DNA of 64,000 nucleotides from Acidobacteriota bacterium. Lineage in GTDB: Bacteria > Acidobacteriota > UBA890 > WLXD01. The translations under genes and the position numbers were made by a program. Positions 10,212 to 19,957 of this stretch are shown piece after piece. The notes beneath the pieces are model-generated. The model was not told where the DNA came from and ran no database searches. It saw nothing but the letters and a program-made list of their open reading frames with translations. Positions within the stretch are counted from its first letter, which is position 1. Each line of letters opens with the position of its first letter. The stretch covers positions 544,001-608,000 of the forward strand of contig CAXWPL010000002.1 in assembly GCA_963666215.2 (NCBI GenBank). Direction: 5' to 3'.

Positions 10212-10349
10212 TGATGACAGCCTAACTTCGATTCTTCGCAGTGGGCGCCAACATGGCCCAAGGATCGGGCCCGACCCTTCTTCGCGGCGCTCAGGGCGCG
10301 CCAACAACCGCGCGACGGCGCTCGAGACCGGCCGCGGCGGAGGCCTCCG

Positions 10350-11543
10350 ATGCCGAACGCGCGACGCTATCTATTGACCTCGGAGTCCGTTACCGAGGGC
10401 CACCCCGACAAGATCGCCGACCAGATCTCCGACGCGGTGCTCGACGCGATCATGGCCGAAGATCCGGCCGGTCGAGTTGCCTGCGAGACGATGGTGACGA
10501 CAGGACTGGCGGTCGTGGCCGGTGAGATCTCGACGACCGCCTACGTCGACATTCCGCAACTGGTGCGCGAGACCATCCGTAGAATCGGCTACACGCGCGC
10601 CAAGTTCGGCTTCGACTGCGACACCTGCGCGGTGCTCACCAGCATCGACGAGCAGTCTGGGGACATTGCCATGGGAGTCGACCCGGGCGGCGCCGGTGAC
10701 CAGGGGCTGATGTTCGGCTACGCCACCGCGGAAACACCGGAGCTCATGCCGATGCCCATCAAGCTGGCGCACCAGCTGTGCTGGCAGCTCGCACAGACTC
10801 GCAAGCAGGGCGTCGTCGACTATTTACGACCCGATGGCAAGTCGCAGGTGACGGTTCAGTACGAAGGCACGGTGCCTGTGCGCGTCGACACTGTCGTCAT
10901 CAGCACCCAGCACGGCGACAAGGCTGACAACGAGACGATTCGCCGTGACATCATCGAGCACGTCATTGCTCCCGTGATTCCCAGCGAGCTGCTCGACGCC
11001 AACACGATCTACCACATCAACCCGACCGGACGCTTTGTAACGGGTGGCCCACAGGGAGACTGCGGCCTCACCGGGCGCAAGATCATCGTCGATACCTACG
11101 GCGGCATTGGACGCCACGGCGGCGGCGCGTTCTCGGGGAAGGATTGCACCAAGGTGGATCGAACGGCTTCGTACATGGCACGCTACGTGGTGAAGAACCT
11201 GGTCGCCGCCGGAGTGGCGGAGCGCCTCGAGCTGCAGCTTTCGTACGCCATCGGTGTCGCCGAGCCGGTGTCGATCATGGTCGACAGCTACGGCACGGGA
11301 CGGGTGGATGACGACCGCATCATCGCGGCGGTACGCGAGATCTTCCCGCTGTCGCCGATGGGTATGATCGAGCATCTGGACCTGCGCCGGCCGATCTATC
11401 TCAAGACGGCGGCGTACGGCCACTTTGGCCGCGACGAGTTCCCTTGGGAATCGACTCGAATGGCCTCGGCCGTGAGCGACTATCTGGACCTCACGGGAGC
11501 TGACCAGCCGGTCGCGGTCGGCGCTGAGACCGGTTCCAACTAG
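10350..11543 (+). CDS. metK: S-adenosylmethionine synthetase
   Basis: [29 protein letters not shown] and GGGAFSGKD motifs. Confidence 0.98.
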   Translation: MPNARRYLLTSESVTEGHPDKIADQISDAVLDAIMAEDPAGRVACETMVTTGLAVVAGEISTTAYVDIPQLVRETIRRIGYTRAKFGFDCDTCAVLTSIDEQSGDIAMGVDPGGAGDQGLMFGYATAETPELMPMPIKLAHQLCWQLAQTRKQGVVDYLRPDGKSQVTVQYEGTVPVRVDTVVISTQHGDKADNETIRRDIIEHVIAPVIPSELLDANTIYHINPTGRFVTGGPQGDCGLTGRKIIVDTYGGIGRHGGGAFSGKDCTKVDRTASYMARYVVKNLVAAGVAERLELQLSYAIGVAEPVSIMVDSYGTGRVDDDRIIAAVREIFPLSPMGMIEHLDLRRPIYLKTAAYGHFGRDEFPWESTRMASAVSDYLDLTGADQPVAVGAETGSN

Positions 11544-11610
11544 TACGCAACTGCGCAGGGTCTGCTGCGTTCGTAGGCCGAGGCCGGCTATGTTCGCGGG
11601 CTAGGGCCGG

Positions 11611-14007
11611 TTACGTCCGCAGGCTGCTCGCCGCATAACCAGCGAAGCACGCGAACATCAAATGCGGAGCCCAGGCTGCCAGTGGCGGTGGCAGCTGTCC
11701 GGCGTAGCCGACCGCGCGGAAGACGCCGAAGGCGATGTAGTACACGACCACCAGGCCGACGCCGACGCCGATGCCTGTCAGCGCGCCTTTGCGACCCATC
11801 AGGAAGGCGAAGGGGAGCGCCACTAGCGTCATCACGAAGGCGACTGCCGGGTAGGAGATCTTCATGTGGAAATCCACCAGAGCCCGGCGGGTATCGAGGC
11901 CTCGGTCGGCCAACTGCTGGACGTGGGAGCGCAGCTGCATCGCGGTCATCTGATCGGAGGAGCGTTGATCGGCGGCGAAGTAGCTGGGCTGTTCTTCGAT
12001 CGGCAGCTCGAGGAGCTGGAACTCCTCGAGCGCCGTGGACATCGATCCGTTCGGACCTCCGGTCACGAAGTAACGCCTCCAACCGTTCTCGCCAATCCAG
12101 CGCTCCCGAGTTGCGTCCCAATGTGCCCGGCCGGCGAACTCCATCCTCGGGATGGCGTTCTCGCTGTTCCCAAGGTAGTAGACACGTAGCCGCGAAAAAG
12201 TTTGTTCGACACTGTCGTACGAGTCGAAGTGGTAGATGCGGCTATCAGCGCTGAACACCCAGTTGGGCTGGCGCGCGACTGTTCGCACTTGAGACCCTCG
12301 CATCTCGCTCTCGAGTGCCTCTGCGCGCGGGTTGGTGTACGGCAACACGTAGTCTTGCAGCATGTATTGCGCGCCACTCAGCGCGATGGCCGGCACCAGG
12401 ATGGGCAGAGCCAGTCGGTAGAGGCTGATGCCGCCGGTCATCGCGGCGACCACTTCGTTGCGCATGCTCATGAGGCTGAAAACCGTGAGCACCGTGACCA
12501 CGCCGGCGATGGGGATGACGTCGAAAACAATCGACGGCAGGCGCGCCCGCAGGTAGGTGGGCACGAGCTCCGGATGCTCCACGTACGAGACCTTGTCGAG
12601 AGCCTCGAAAACAACGAACACCGCCAGCAGCCCGCAGAACGTGAGCGCGAAGAGTGTTGCGTAGCTTTGCAGAACGTACCGATCGAGCGTTCGCGGAAAC
12701 CGCTGGCGAGGACTGAGGGCTCGAGCGCGCGTCAGGCGTGGGTTGACGGAGGTCGCGTCCGTTGCCGACCGAGTGCGAAGCACCAGACGCTCGAAGCCGC
12801 TGCGCGCAGCATCCTCGGCGCGTTCCATCAGTGGGCGCAGGCGCGCGACGATTCCCCAGCGCCGTTCGGTAGCCTTGTTCCAGAGCAGAACCGCACCGAG
12901 CGTTCCGACGATGAGGTTGCCTGACCACATGCCGATCGCCGGGCCGATCACTCCTGCCTCGGCGCGCTGCTCGCCGTACTGGAAGCAGTAGTAGTAGAGG
13001 ATGATGACCCCAGTCGCCATGACATATCCGGTGGCGGTGGTTTGTCTGCCGGCGGAAACTCCCAATGGCACTGCAATCAGCGCCATCACGACACAGGCGA
13101 AAGGCAGCGCGTACTTCTTGTGGATCTCCACCCAGAGGTAGGCCGTCGGTTCGCCCATAGCGTCGCGCCGCGCGATCTCCTGGTGCAGTTCGGGACCCGT
13201 CATGCTGCGTTCGGTCTTGCCGATATCGTCGAGCAGCGAGTTTTCCTGCTCGGCCCAAAGTTGGAACTGGCGGCTCTCGAAGTGAGTCAGGGTGACCTGC
13301 CGGGGATCCTCTTGCGAATTGATCAGGACGGCATCCTCGAGCCGCAAGTACGTCGTCCGACTCTCGACATCCAGAAGCGTGCGACCGCGTGCCGCACGCA
13401 TGATCTGCGGTGGGTCGACGTCGACCTGGGCCACAAACACGCCCTTCCATTCCGGCTCGCCACCGCGATCGACGATGTCCTCGATGAAGAGCACATGATT
13501 GGGGAAAGTTTCGTTGAAGACCCGTGGGCGCACCTCATCAGCGGACGCTCGATTCGCCACCGCATCCCACTGCAGCTCGCGCATCGACGCGTTACCCCAG
13601 GGCATGGCGACGACGTAGACGTAGGCATTGAGCGCCCACAGCAACACCCCGAAGGTCATCACCGGGGGTACGAGCTGCCAGATGCTTACCCCCACCGCCC
13701 TCAATGCGATGATCTCGAAGTCGGCCGACATGCGCCCCAGCGTGATGAGCGCGCCCACGAGCACGGCCATCGGTAGCGTCAGCACGATGATGTGCGGCAG
13801 GTTGTAGATGATCGACCAGAGCAGATCGGGCAGATCAGCGCCGAACTGGATCCAAAGCTCCGAAATGCGCAACAGAATGCGCATCAAGAGCAGGAATGTG
13901 AGCACGCCGAAAGCCAATAGGGTGGGGGAGACGAGCTCGCGGATGACGTAGCGCCACAGCGTGCCGCTCGCCCGTGCTCGACCGTACCCGATGGCGAAGC
14001 TGGTCAA
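11611..14007 (-). CDS. lptFG: Fused LptF/LptG LPS export ABC permease
   Basis: Two tandem YjgP/YjgQ units (RYVIREL...GRMSADFEIIALRAVG and TLDRYVL...MSMRNEVVAAMTGGISLYRL); TTG start at 14007 overlaps the upstream stop. Confidence 0.9.
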   Translation of the reverse strand: MTSFAIGYGRARASGTLWRYVIRELVSPTLLAFGVLTFLLLMRILLRISELWIQFGADLPDLLWSIIYNLPHIIVLTLPMAVLVGALITLGRMSADFEIIALRAVGVSIWQLVPPVMTFGVLLWALNAYVYVVAMPWGNASMRELQWDAVANRASADEVRPRVFNETFPNHVLFIEDIVDRGGEPEWKGVFVAQVDVDPPQIMRAARGRTLLDVESRTTYLRLEDAVLINSQEDPRQVTLTHFESRQFQLWAEQENSLLDDIGKTERSMTGPELHQEIARRDAMGEPTAYLWVEIHKKYALPFACVVMALIAVPLGVSAGRQTTATGYVMATGVIILYYYCFQYGEQRAEAGVIGPAIGMWSGNLIVGTLGAVLLWNKATERRWGIVARLRPLMERAEDAARSGFERLVLRTRSATDATSVNPRLTRARALSPRQRFPRTLDRYVLQSYATLFALTFCGLLAVFVVFEALDKVSYVEHPELVPTYLRARLPSIVFDVIPIAGVVTVLTVFSLMSMRNEVVAAMTGGISLYRLALPILVPAIALSGAQYMLQDYVLPYTNPRAEALESEMRGSQVRTVARQPNWVFSADSRIYHFDSYDSVEQTFSRLRVYYLGNSENAIPRMEFAGRAHWDATRERWIGENGWRRYFVTGGPNGSMSTALEEFQLLELPIEEQPSYFAADQRSSDQMTAMQLRSHVQQLADRGLDTRRALVDFHMKISYPAVAFVMTLVALPFAFLMGRKGALTGIGVGVGLVVVYYIAFGVFRAVGYAGQLPPPLAAWAPHLMFACFAGYAASSLRT

Positions 14008-14756
14008 CGCGCCGTCTCGTAGTAGCGCGCCAACCGATCGGGGTGCATCCCGCCGTAGTAGAGCATGCGTAGCAGCCACATCCGAACGATCGTACGAACC
14101 ACACCTGCCGACTCCCAGCGCCGCGCCGAAGTGACGACATAAGCGTGCAGCGCGGCGACCTCGCCGGCGCCCTTGAGCCGCCTGCTGAGATCGAGGTCCT
14201 CGAACAGGAGCTGCTCGGCGTACCCTCCGAGCTGTTCGAATGCTCTGCGTGTCACGAAGATCCCCTGGTCACCGCTGGCCACACCTGTGAGACGGCTGCG
14301 GAGGCTAATCAGACGACCCGCCAGTCGTAGCAGGCGGCGGTCAGAGTCCAGTCGTAGGCGGAAGTAGCCGCCCACGGCCCCTGCCGAGATCGCCTTGCGC
14401 AACTGCTGCAGGCCATCGGCCTGCAGCGCTGTGTCGGCATGTAGGAAGAGCAAGATCTCGCCGTAACTGGCCCGTGCTCCTGCATTCATCTGTTTGGCGC
14501 GTCCGCGCTCGGCGCCGAACCAACTCATGCGACTCGTCGACGGGCCAACGGCTGAGGCCGTGGAGTGGATCTGGATCTGGATCTGGCCCGTGCGCTCGAG
14601 CTTGCCGAGAAGCTGGCGGGTGCCGTCGTCGCTGCCTCCGTCGACAACAACCACATCAACGTCGGGATCTTGATCCACAATTCTTGCCAGCAGCGTCAGA
14701 TACGGCTCGAGTGTGGCGCTCTCGCGGTAGACGGGAACGACGATGCTGATTTGCAC
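14004..14756 (-). CDS. GT2 glycosyltransferase, TIGR04283-like family
   Basis: SIVVPVY, VVDGGSDDGT, GRAKQMNAGA, LFLHADT, GDQGIFV, FEDLDL and TSARRW motifs. Confidence 0.88.
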   Translation of the reverse strand: MQISIVVPVYRESATLEPYLTLLARIVDQDPDVDVVVVDGGSDDGTRQLLGKLERTGQIQIQIHSTASAVGPSTSRMSWFGAERGRAKQMNAGARASYGEILLFLHADTALQADGLQQLRKAISAGAVGGYFRLRLDSDRRLLRLAGRLISLRSRLTGVASGDQGIFVTRRAFEQLGGYAEQLLFEDLDLSRRLKGAGEVAALHAYVVTSARRWESAGVVRTIVRMWLLRMLYYGGMHPDRLARYYETAR

Positions 14757-15021
14757 CGGGGCAGAATCCGTTGGCAGTTGGATCGCTGATGATGACGCCG
14801 AGATCGAGGGGCCGCCCCCCTAGGTTGTTCGACCGCGACCAGACGCGGCTCTGCGGTGGTGGTCGCGACAGGGGCTCGGCGCCGAAAAATGTCGTCTCCG
14901 CATTCAGTGTAACGCAGCCGCGGTCGGCGTCCGTTCGCGGTCATGAGGTGCCTGGCCGCGTTCCGGCGCCACCGGTCGATGTACGAAACGAACGCCTGGT
15001 GGGCGGGTTACCATCCAGCAC

Positions 15022-15924
15022 ATGCTCAAGGTTGTCGTTCTGGGCAGCGGGGCATCGGTGCCGTTGCTGCACCGGCGCTCTCCAGCGGTTGGCGTGCAGA
15101 TTGAGGGCGACACCTATCTGTTCGACTGCGGCGAGGGCACCCAGTTGCAATGGCGCCGTGCACGTTTGCGCTTCGGACGCCTGCGCGCCATCTGCATCAC
15201 CCATCTGCACGGCGACCACGTCAACGGCCTCGTAGGGCTGCTACAGACTCTCTCGCTCGGTGACCGCCAGGCGCCGCTGTCCGTGTATGGTCCGCCAGGG
15301 TTGCGGGCCTATCTGGGAGCGATAGGCGAGGTGCAGGGCGTCCGCTTCGGGTATCGACTGACGGTCGTGGAGTCTGAGGGCGGACGATTGCACGAGGGCG
15401 ACGAACATCACATCGAGTGCCGCTCGCTCGATCACGGTCCGGCGACACTCGGTTACGCCCTTGTGGAATCGGATCGCCCGGGTCGCTTCGACACCGAGGA
15501 AGCGGCCCGTCTTGGCCTGCCACCGGGCCCCGCCTACGGTCGTTTACAGCGCGGCGAGACGGTGCCGCTCGAGTCGGGTGGCGAGGTTCGCCCCGAGCAG
15601 GTCGTGGGCCCCCCGCGCCCGGGACGCAGAGTGGCCTACTGCGTTGACACTCGCCCGTGCGATGCGGCCGTGGAGCTGGCTGCGGCCGCGAGCCTGTTCA
15701 TTTGCGACTCGACCTTCGGCAGTGACCTCGAGAAGGAAGCTGGCGCCCGCGGACACAGCACCGCCGCTCAGGCTGCCGCCATGGCTCGCGACGCCGGGGC
15801 CCAACGACTTCTTCTCACCCACATCTCAGCGCGCTACTACGACAGTCGTCCGCTCCTCGACGAGGCCCGGGCGATCTTCTCCGCGACCGACATCGCGTCC
15901 GACCTATTGGAGATGGAGCTTTGA
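15022..15924 (+). CDS. rnz: Ribonuclease Z
   Basis: FDCGEGTQ, ITHLHGDH, GP-rich exosite arm, DTRPC, GHST and THISARY motifs. Confidence 0.95.
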   Translation: MLKVVVLGSGASVPLLHRRSPAVGVQIEGDTYLFDCGEGTQLQWRRARLRFGRLRAICITHLHGDHVNGLVGLLQTLSLGDRQAPLSVYGPPGLRAYLGAIGEVQGVRFGYRLTVVESEGGRLHEGDEHHIECRSLDHGPATLGYALVESDRPGRFDTEEAARLGLPPGPAYGRLQRGETVPLESGGEVRPEQVVGPPRPGRRVAYCVDTRPCDAAVELAAAASLFICDSTFGSDLEKEAGARGHSTAAQAAAMARDAGAQRLLLTHISARYYDSRPLLDEARAIFSATDIASDLLEMEL

Positions 15925-16490
15925 GCGACAACGATTCGAGTCTTCCGGTGGTCGCCGGAAGCGGCACGGCCGACGCAACCGCCGCGGGCCGAGCAAGCGG
16001 GGAGCCCGGCGCGGCCGACGAGCGACCCTCTCGACGCATGCGCGACGCACGGGTGCAGATGACCGAGATCGTCATGCCCAACGACACCAATCCGCACGGC
16101 ACCCTGAGCGGCGGGCGCGTGATGCAGCTGGTTGACATTGCCGCAGCCGTCGCGGCGGTCAGGCACGCACGACGAGGCGTGGTGACAGCGGCCTTTGACG
16201 AGGTCATTTTCCTGGCGCCCGTTCCGCTCGGTCACATCATTATGCTGGACGCCCAGGTCACCTGCGTGGGGCGTACTTCGATGGAGGTGAAGGTGATCGT
16301 GCGCGGCGAAAACCCCCTCACCGGAGAGTGCCGGCGTACGACAACCGCCTACGTGACATTCGTTGGCCTCGACGACGCCGGACGTCCGACCATGGTGCCA
16401 GCCCTGGTCGCGGATTCACCCGAGGAACAAGCGATGATGGATCGTGCCAACGCGCGTCGCTCCGAGCGCCTGGCACGAGCGCACGAGTAG
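15921..16490 (+). CDS. Hotdog acyl-CoA thioesterase (YciA-like)
   Basis: VMPNDTNPHGTLSGG...VD, VGRTSMEV and YVTFVGLD motifs. Confidence 0.92.
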   Translation: MSDNDSSLPVVAGSGTADATAAGRASGEPGAADERPSRRMRDARVQMTEIVMPNDTNPHGTLSGGRVMQLVDIAAAVAAVRHARRGVVTAAFDEVIFLAPVPLGHIIMLDAQVTCVGRTSMEVKVIVRGENPLTGECRRTTTAYVTFVGLDDAGRPTMVPALVADSPEEQAMMDRANARRSERLARAHE

Positions 16491-16512
16491 CAACGAGCCA
16501 GGGAGTGCGTTC

Positions 16513-17289
16513 TCAGCCGGCGGCTGCCGCCTCCGCGGCTTCCAGTGCGGCCGCGACAGGGTTGATCACCACGACCTGAAGGCGATCCGACAGCGCTTCC
16601 GCGACGTCAAGGAAGCCCATGGTCATGCAACCGAGCACTAGCGCTTCGGCGCCGGCATCAACAGCGCCGCGCCCGGCCAGCTCCAGCCGGCCCATGACTT
16701 CGTCGCGTCGGGCGCGCAGCTCGAGCACGGGAACATCGACCGAGAGCACCTCGACGAGCTGATCTTCGAGGCCGTAGCCGCGGATCAGATCGGTGAGCAA
16801 CGGACACACGCGCTCGTCGATGGTCAGCACGCCGAATCGACGAGCCTCTGAGCTGGCGCTATCACTCTCGTCAACGTGGCTAGGCGCGTCATTGGACTCA
16901 CGACGCGTCATCTCTCTTGACAAGGGCGGAGTGTTCCCGGCGCTGGCGACGCGGGCCGCCGCCGCACACGCCGCAGCTGCCGGTCCGATAACCGGGATAG
17001 CACAACGATCCTGCGCCTGCCTCACACCCGGATCGCCGAAACAGCCCACGATGACGGCGTCGAAACCACGCGCGTCAAGGTCGGGGACCGCCTCGAGAAC
17101 CGTCGGCACCGCGGCAGCCTCGTCCTCGGGCGACTCAATGGACGGCGGTCCGTCAGGTGACTCATGTACCTCCACGCGAGTCGTGGCGGCGGTGCGAGCC
17201 TGCAGGTAGGCCTGCCGGCGAAGCAGTTCTTGTTGTCCCAACGGCCCGCGTGAGAGGGCGCCCGGAATGAAGTAGCACACGGCGGTCAC
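16513..17289 (-). CDS. Asp/Glu/hydantoin (allantoin) racemase family protein
   Basis: GPPSIES motif; two catalytic Cys motifs, GCFGDPG and LGCMTMG; VINPV. Confidence 0.88.
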   Translation of the reverse strand: MTAVCYFIPGALSRGPLGQQELLRRQAYLQARTAATTRVEVHESPDGPPSIESPEDEAAAVPTVLEAVPDLDARGFDAVIVGCFGDPGVRQAQDRCAIPVIGPAAAACAAAARVASAGNTPPLSREMTRRESNDAPSHVDESDSASSEARRFGVLTIDERVCPLLTDLIRGYGLEDQLVEVLSVDVPVLELRARRDEVMGRLELAGRGAVDAGAEALVLGCMTMGFLDVAEALSDRLQVVVINPVAAALEAAEAAAAG

Positions 17290-18740
17290 GGCGTACTCCC
17301 GATGGCTCGGATCGGCTCTTCGAAGAACGGCTTCAGGGCGCTCTGTGGCACCGGACGCGAGACCAGGCTGATGCCGACGTAAAGAACGAAGCTAGTCACG
17401 ATTCCGGGAAAGATCGGGTCGATTCCCAGGAGTGGCTCTGCGAAACCGAAACGCAGCACTAGAAATCCCACAAACCCGCCCACCATCGAGGTCATCGCCG
17501 CCGAGGTCGTGCCGCGGCGCCAGTTGAGGCCGAGCACCACCGGTACGAAGAAGAAGCAGGCGATCAGCTTGGCGTAGTCGACCACGATCTCTTGCACCAG
17601 GCCGAGGTCCATGAAGGTGAACAGCAACGGAATTGTGCCCAGAATCAGCACGCTGCGTCGGTTGACGGCCAGCTTGCGCGATTCGCTGGCGTCAGGGCGA
17701 AAGATCTTGCCGTACAGATCGTGTGAGACGCTGGCGGCACACACGATCATGACCGAGTCGCAGGTGCTCATGATTGCCGACAACGCTCCCACCAGCAGCA
17801 GAGAGCCTGCGAGCGGCGCGAGAACGTAGAGGGCCAGAGCGCTGCTGGCAAGGTCGGCGCTCGGCAGAGCCGGAAACAGCGCTCGCATCCCGAGCCCGGT
17901 AATCAGTACCGCGGACGCCATCAGCGCCTGGAACACGTAGGAAATTCCGATCGCCAGGCGCACGGTTTTGACGTCTCGCATGGCATAGAAGCGGGCGATC
18001 TGGTACGGCGCTACGGCCATCGACAGGGCGAACGCCAGGCTGAACGCAACAATCTCGGAGCGCCCGAAGTACCAGCCGGTGACGCGTGGGTCGATTCCCG
18101 AGAGCAGCTCACCCATCAGAGTGAAACCGCCGGTGTGGCGCAACAGCAGCGGGATCGCTACGCAGAAGGCGCACACCATCACTCCGGCCTGCAGGAAATC
18201 GGTGTACACGCTGCTGCGCATCCCTCCCATCCACGTGTACAGCAGGGTGATCAGCGCAACGGCCAACACGCCGCTGGTGAATGGCCAGCCGAAGATCGCT
18301 TCGAAGATGATGCCGCCGGCACGGTACTGGGCCGAGAGGAAGAACATATAGGCGAGCGCGATGAGAACCGCGGACAGCACCCGAGCGCGCTCAGAGGCGT
18401 AGCGCGTGGCGATGAAGTCGGGCACGGTGACGCCGCCGAATGCGCGCAGCTTTGGAGCAATCCACAGCGCCGACACGAGCCAGCCCGTCCACACTCCCGG
18501 CCAGATCCAGGCCCACGAGACTCCGGCCAAATAGTGATATCCGACGGTCCCGACCACGGTGCCGGAAGACAGCTGGGTGGCCGCCAGAGTGGCGCCACCG
18601 ACCCACGGGCCTATCGAGCGACCGGCAACGAGAAAGTCAGCCTCGGAGCGTGTGCGGCGGTAGGCCCAGAGCGCGACGCCGAACACCGCCACGAGATAGG
18701 TCGCCACGACCGTGCCGAATACGACGCCGTCAGCGGTCAT
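17286..18740 (-). CDS. Sodium:solute symporter (SSS)
   Basis: DFLVAGRS, GGMRSSVYTDFLQ and ALSAIMSTCDS motifs; about 13 TM segments; ATG at 18740 is coupled to the small upstream ORF. Confidence 0.92.
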   Translation of the reverse strand: MTADGVVFGTVVATYLVAVFGVALWAYRRTRSEADFLVAGRSIGPWVGGATLAATQLSSGTVVGTVGYHYLAGVSWAWIWPGVWTGWLVSALWIAPKLRAFGGVTVPDFIATRYASERARVLSAVLIALAYMFFLSAQYRAGGIIFEAIFGWPFTSGVLAVALITLLYTWMGGMRSSVYTDFLQAGVMVCAFCVAIPLLLRHTGGFTLMGELLSGIDPRVTGWYFGRSEIVAFSLAFALSMAVAPYQIARFYAMRDVKTVRLAIGISYVFQALMASAVLITGLGMRALFPALPSADLASSALALYVLAPLAGSLLLVGALSAIMSTCDSVMIVCAASVSHDLYGKIFRPDASESRKLAVNRRSVLILGTIPLLFTFMDLGLVQEIVVDYAKLIACFFFVPVVLGLNWRRGTTSAAMTSMVGGFVGFLVLRFGFAEPLLGIDPIFPGIVTSFVLYVGISLVSRPVPQSALKPFFEEPIRAIGSTP

Positions 18741-18894
18741 CGTCGGTCGAGTCCGCAGTGTCCGCAGTGTCGGTAGTGCCCGGCCCGTCACGGCCGCTCG
18801 ACGCCGTGCGCGTTGCCCACATCAAGTAGAGCGCGCACCAGACCGCAGCGAACACGAAAAACCCGTAGAAGCTGACGCCGAAACCGATTTGCAT
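18730..18894 (-). CDS. Small single-TM protein upstream of the SSS (putative accessory subunit), 54 aa
   Basis: MQIGFGVSFYGFFVFAAVWCALYLMWATR...; its stop overlaps the SSS start. Confidence 0.6.
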   Translation of the reverse strand: MQIGFGVSFYGFFVFAAVWCALYLMWATRTASSGRDGPGTTDTADTADSTDDDR

Positions 18895-19096
18895 GGCGCC
18901 GCGCAGGCTACCAGTTGCGGCGCTCCGCGAACACCGTGCCGCCGCGAGCGGCCATCGCATGACCGGACTAGACTTGCGCCGAGCGGCGCGTCCCGCCGTT
19001 TCGGATCGGGTTTCGAGCGGGATGGGTGAGCCCGTGGAAGCGGACAGACCGATTGTTTTGTGCCGCCGAGCTCTCGGTTTCGTGAGGAGGAGGACA

Positions 19097-19957
19097 GTGC
19101 GCATCGCGGTGTGCATCAAGACGGTCGTAGACGCGCAATCGCGTATCGAGCTGGACGCCGACGACAAGCTCCAAGGCGCACATCTGTGTTACGACGTCAA
19201 CGAGTACGACCTGTATAGCGTCGAAGAAGCGCTGCGCCTCAGCGAGCAAGCGGCTCAGCGGTTGCCTGACAGCGACAGCGACGGCGAGGGCTCTCAATCG
19301 GCCGAGATCACGCTGATCACTCTGGGCGACGGCGCCCAACCGGCTGTGGTTCAGGGCCTGCGAAAGGGACTGGCGATGGGTGCCGACAGCGCGATTCACA
19401 TCGATTGCGCCGGCGACAGCGTCGATGCGGCTGGTACCGCCGCGCTGCTTGGCGCCGCTTTGCGCGAGCACGCGCCTGATCTGGTGCTCGCTGGCGTCGA
19501 ATCGGACGATCTGGCGGGAGCCCAGGTGGGCGGGCTGTTGGCCGAAGAGCTCGGATACTCGTGTGCGACGCTCGTAGTCGGAACGGAGCTGTCGTCCGCC
19601 GATACCGGGGAGAGCGGAGATCGCATGGGCCCGGGTTCACTTCGTGTCCGTCGCGAGTTGGAGGGTGGCGCGTACGCGCTGGTCGACTTGCGCTTGCCGG
19701 CGGTGCTAACGATTCAGACCGGCATCAACGAGCCCCGCTACCCCAGCCTCAAGGGGATCATGGCCGCCAAGCGCAAGGAGCTCAACACCCTGACGCCGGC
19801 TGAGCTGGGCTTCGAGCAGTTGCCAGCCCCGCGCGTCGAAACGCTGTCGCTGCAACCGCCCCCGCCGCGCGAGCGAGCTCGCCTCGTCGAGGGGAGCGCC
19901 GAGCAGGCGGCCGTGGAACTGGTGCGTATCCTGCGGCAGGAGGAGAAGGTGCTATGA
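19097..19957 (+). CDS. etfB: Electron transfer flavoprotein beta subunit
   Basis: GTG start after AGGAGG; IAVCIKTV, NEYDLYSVEEALRL, LAMGAD and INEPRYPSLKGIMAAK motifs. Confidence 0.93.
   Translation: MRIAVCIKTVVDAQSRIELDADDKLQGAHLCYDVNEYDLYSVEEALRLSEQAAQRLPDSDSDGEGSQSAEITLITLGDGAQPAVVQGLRKGLAMGADSAIHIDCAGDSVDAAGTAALLGAALREHAPDLVLAGVESDDLAGAQVGGLLAEELGYSCATLVVGTELSSADTGESGDRMGPGSLRVRRELEGGAYALVDLRLPAVLTIQTGINEPRYPSLKGIMAAKRKELNTLTPAELGFEQLPAPRVETLSLQPPPPRERARLVEGSAEQAAVELVRILRQEEKVL

Noticed and set aside
10169-10226. Hammerhead or fluoride riboswitch (CTGATGA, GAAA, GCTGATGAC)
   Set aside because: The required stems and 5' consensus (GGCGATGG) could not be built around these motifs.
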